Shown here: positions 63,191 to 64,000 of the stretch, piece after piece
Position numbering within the stretch: the stretch's first letter is position 1
Layout of the letters: every line of letters starts with the position of its first letter
From: Macrostomum lignano
Taxonomy: Eukaryota
NCBI GenBank assembly: GCA_002269645.1
Contig: NIVC01001375.1
Coordinates: 238,626 to 302,625, forward strand
Length of the DNA stretch: 64,000 nt
Direction: 5' to 3'
Notes under the pieces: model-generated
What the model was told of the DNA's origin: nothing
Seen by the model: only the letters and a program-made list of their open reading frames with translations
The model's database searches: none
Program-made: the position numbers and the translations under genes

Positions 63191-63653
63191 GCTGTACTGA
63201 GAAGTTGCCGTTATTTATGAATAAAGTTAAGTAGCTGGTTTTATTATAATATTATGCAATATATATTCCATGCTCTAAATGTAGGCTACCATAAGTCCTC
63301 GACCTCGTGACAAACCAATTTTGCTTAATGTTTATTGTATTCCCCCCCCTTGTTTTCAAGACAACCAACAATATTGCGCATTGCAACGTGCAGGTGTGTT
63401 TCCAATGGCCCTAATTTGCACAGCTGTAACGTGATATATTTGGCTAGCTAATAAAATATGCGCATATTTATTTTAATAAATTTTTTGATTCGCACGCTCC
63501 CTGCTTTTCTTGCAGCTCTTAGAAAATTCTAAAAGCTAGTAGAGACATATCTGCGCATACCTTTGTGAATGTCTTTAACAAACGGTTTAGCAGCAGCAAT
63601 GTCCACTTCAAAGCGATCTGTAGACGAGCCGTACACGGCCAGCAGTTAGATCG

Positions 63654-64000
63654 ATGCGCAGCACCGCAGGCGATGACGTGTTGGCCAAATATCGAACCTC
63701 AGACACTTCATCTTCAGCGTTGAATTCTTCGAAGCAGTCGTATCGGCTCGATCACAGAGAGCCGAGCTCCGACACGCCAGCTCCTCACCAGCATCAGGTG
63801 GGCTACGCCAACCTGCCCAATCAGATCTACAGGCGAGCGGTTCGTCGCGGTTCGAATTCAACTTGATGGTGGTTGGCGAGACTGGATTGGGGAAGTCCAC
63901 CTTGTTGAATAGTTTGTTCTCGTCTGAGCTGTACAACTCTGACCATCCTGGTCCGTCCAAGCGGATTAAGAAGACTGTCTGTGTTGAATCCCACACTGTA
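63654..64000 (+). CDS. SEPT7: SEPT7-like septin, 5' part (runs off the window), with a 1-nt deletion frameshift at 63851-63852
   Basis: [18 protein letters not shown], then in a shifted frame [33 protein letters not shown] (P-loop). This matches remembered SEPT7 [52 protein letters not shown]. Confidence 0.88.

Noticed and set aside
63646-63996. 116-aa minus-strand ORF
   Set aside because: [10 protein letters not shown] is the antisense shadow of the septin P-loop [10 protein letters not shown].

Overview
Eukaryotic (metazoan) genomic DNA with GC-rich, poly-Q/poly-A-rich exons in an AT-rich background crowded with mini- and microsatellites. This style suggests a free-living flatworm such as Macrostomum, but the organism is an inference and was not checked. 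Genes reconstructed by hand, left to right: an intronless, WW-less PCIF1/CAPAM-like cap methyltransferase with frame lesions (+); a Dpy-30-motif/ankyrin protein (-); an orphan 231-aa ORF (+); a 6-exon TACC gene (+) with a defective BEL/Pao LTR retrotransposon antisense in intron 1; convergent MFS transporters MFSD8/CLN7 (+, 8 exons) and MFSD10 (-, 4 exons); an NK4/tinman-type homeobox gene (+, 3 exons); and the 5' end of a SEPT7-like septin with a 1-nt frameshift. There is also a decayed LINE fragment and a small MITE. The most notable observations are: (1) an exact 287-bp triplication of the MFSD8 exon-7 acceptor plus exon start; (2) one 28-bp minisatellite family recurring in the host-sense orientation upstream of splice acceptors or the start of three neighbouring genes; (3) most larger introns carrying their own minisatellite up to the splice sites; (4) the PCIF1-like gene with NPPF changed to SPP(F/I); (5) an in-frame RT-core deletion in the BEL element with a CAG|GT junction. 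Most long ORFs in the supplied track are tandem-repeat artefacts. No tRNA, rRNA, SL RNA or CRISPR array was recognised.
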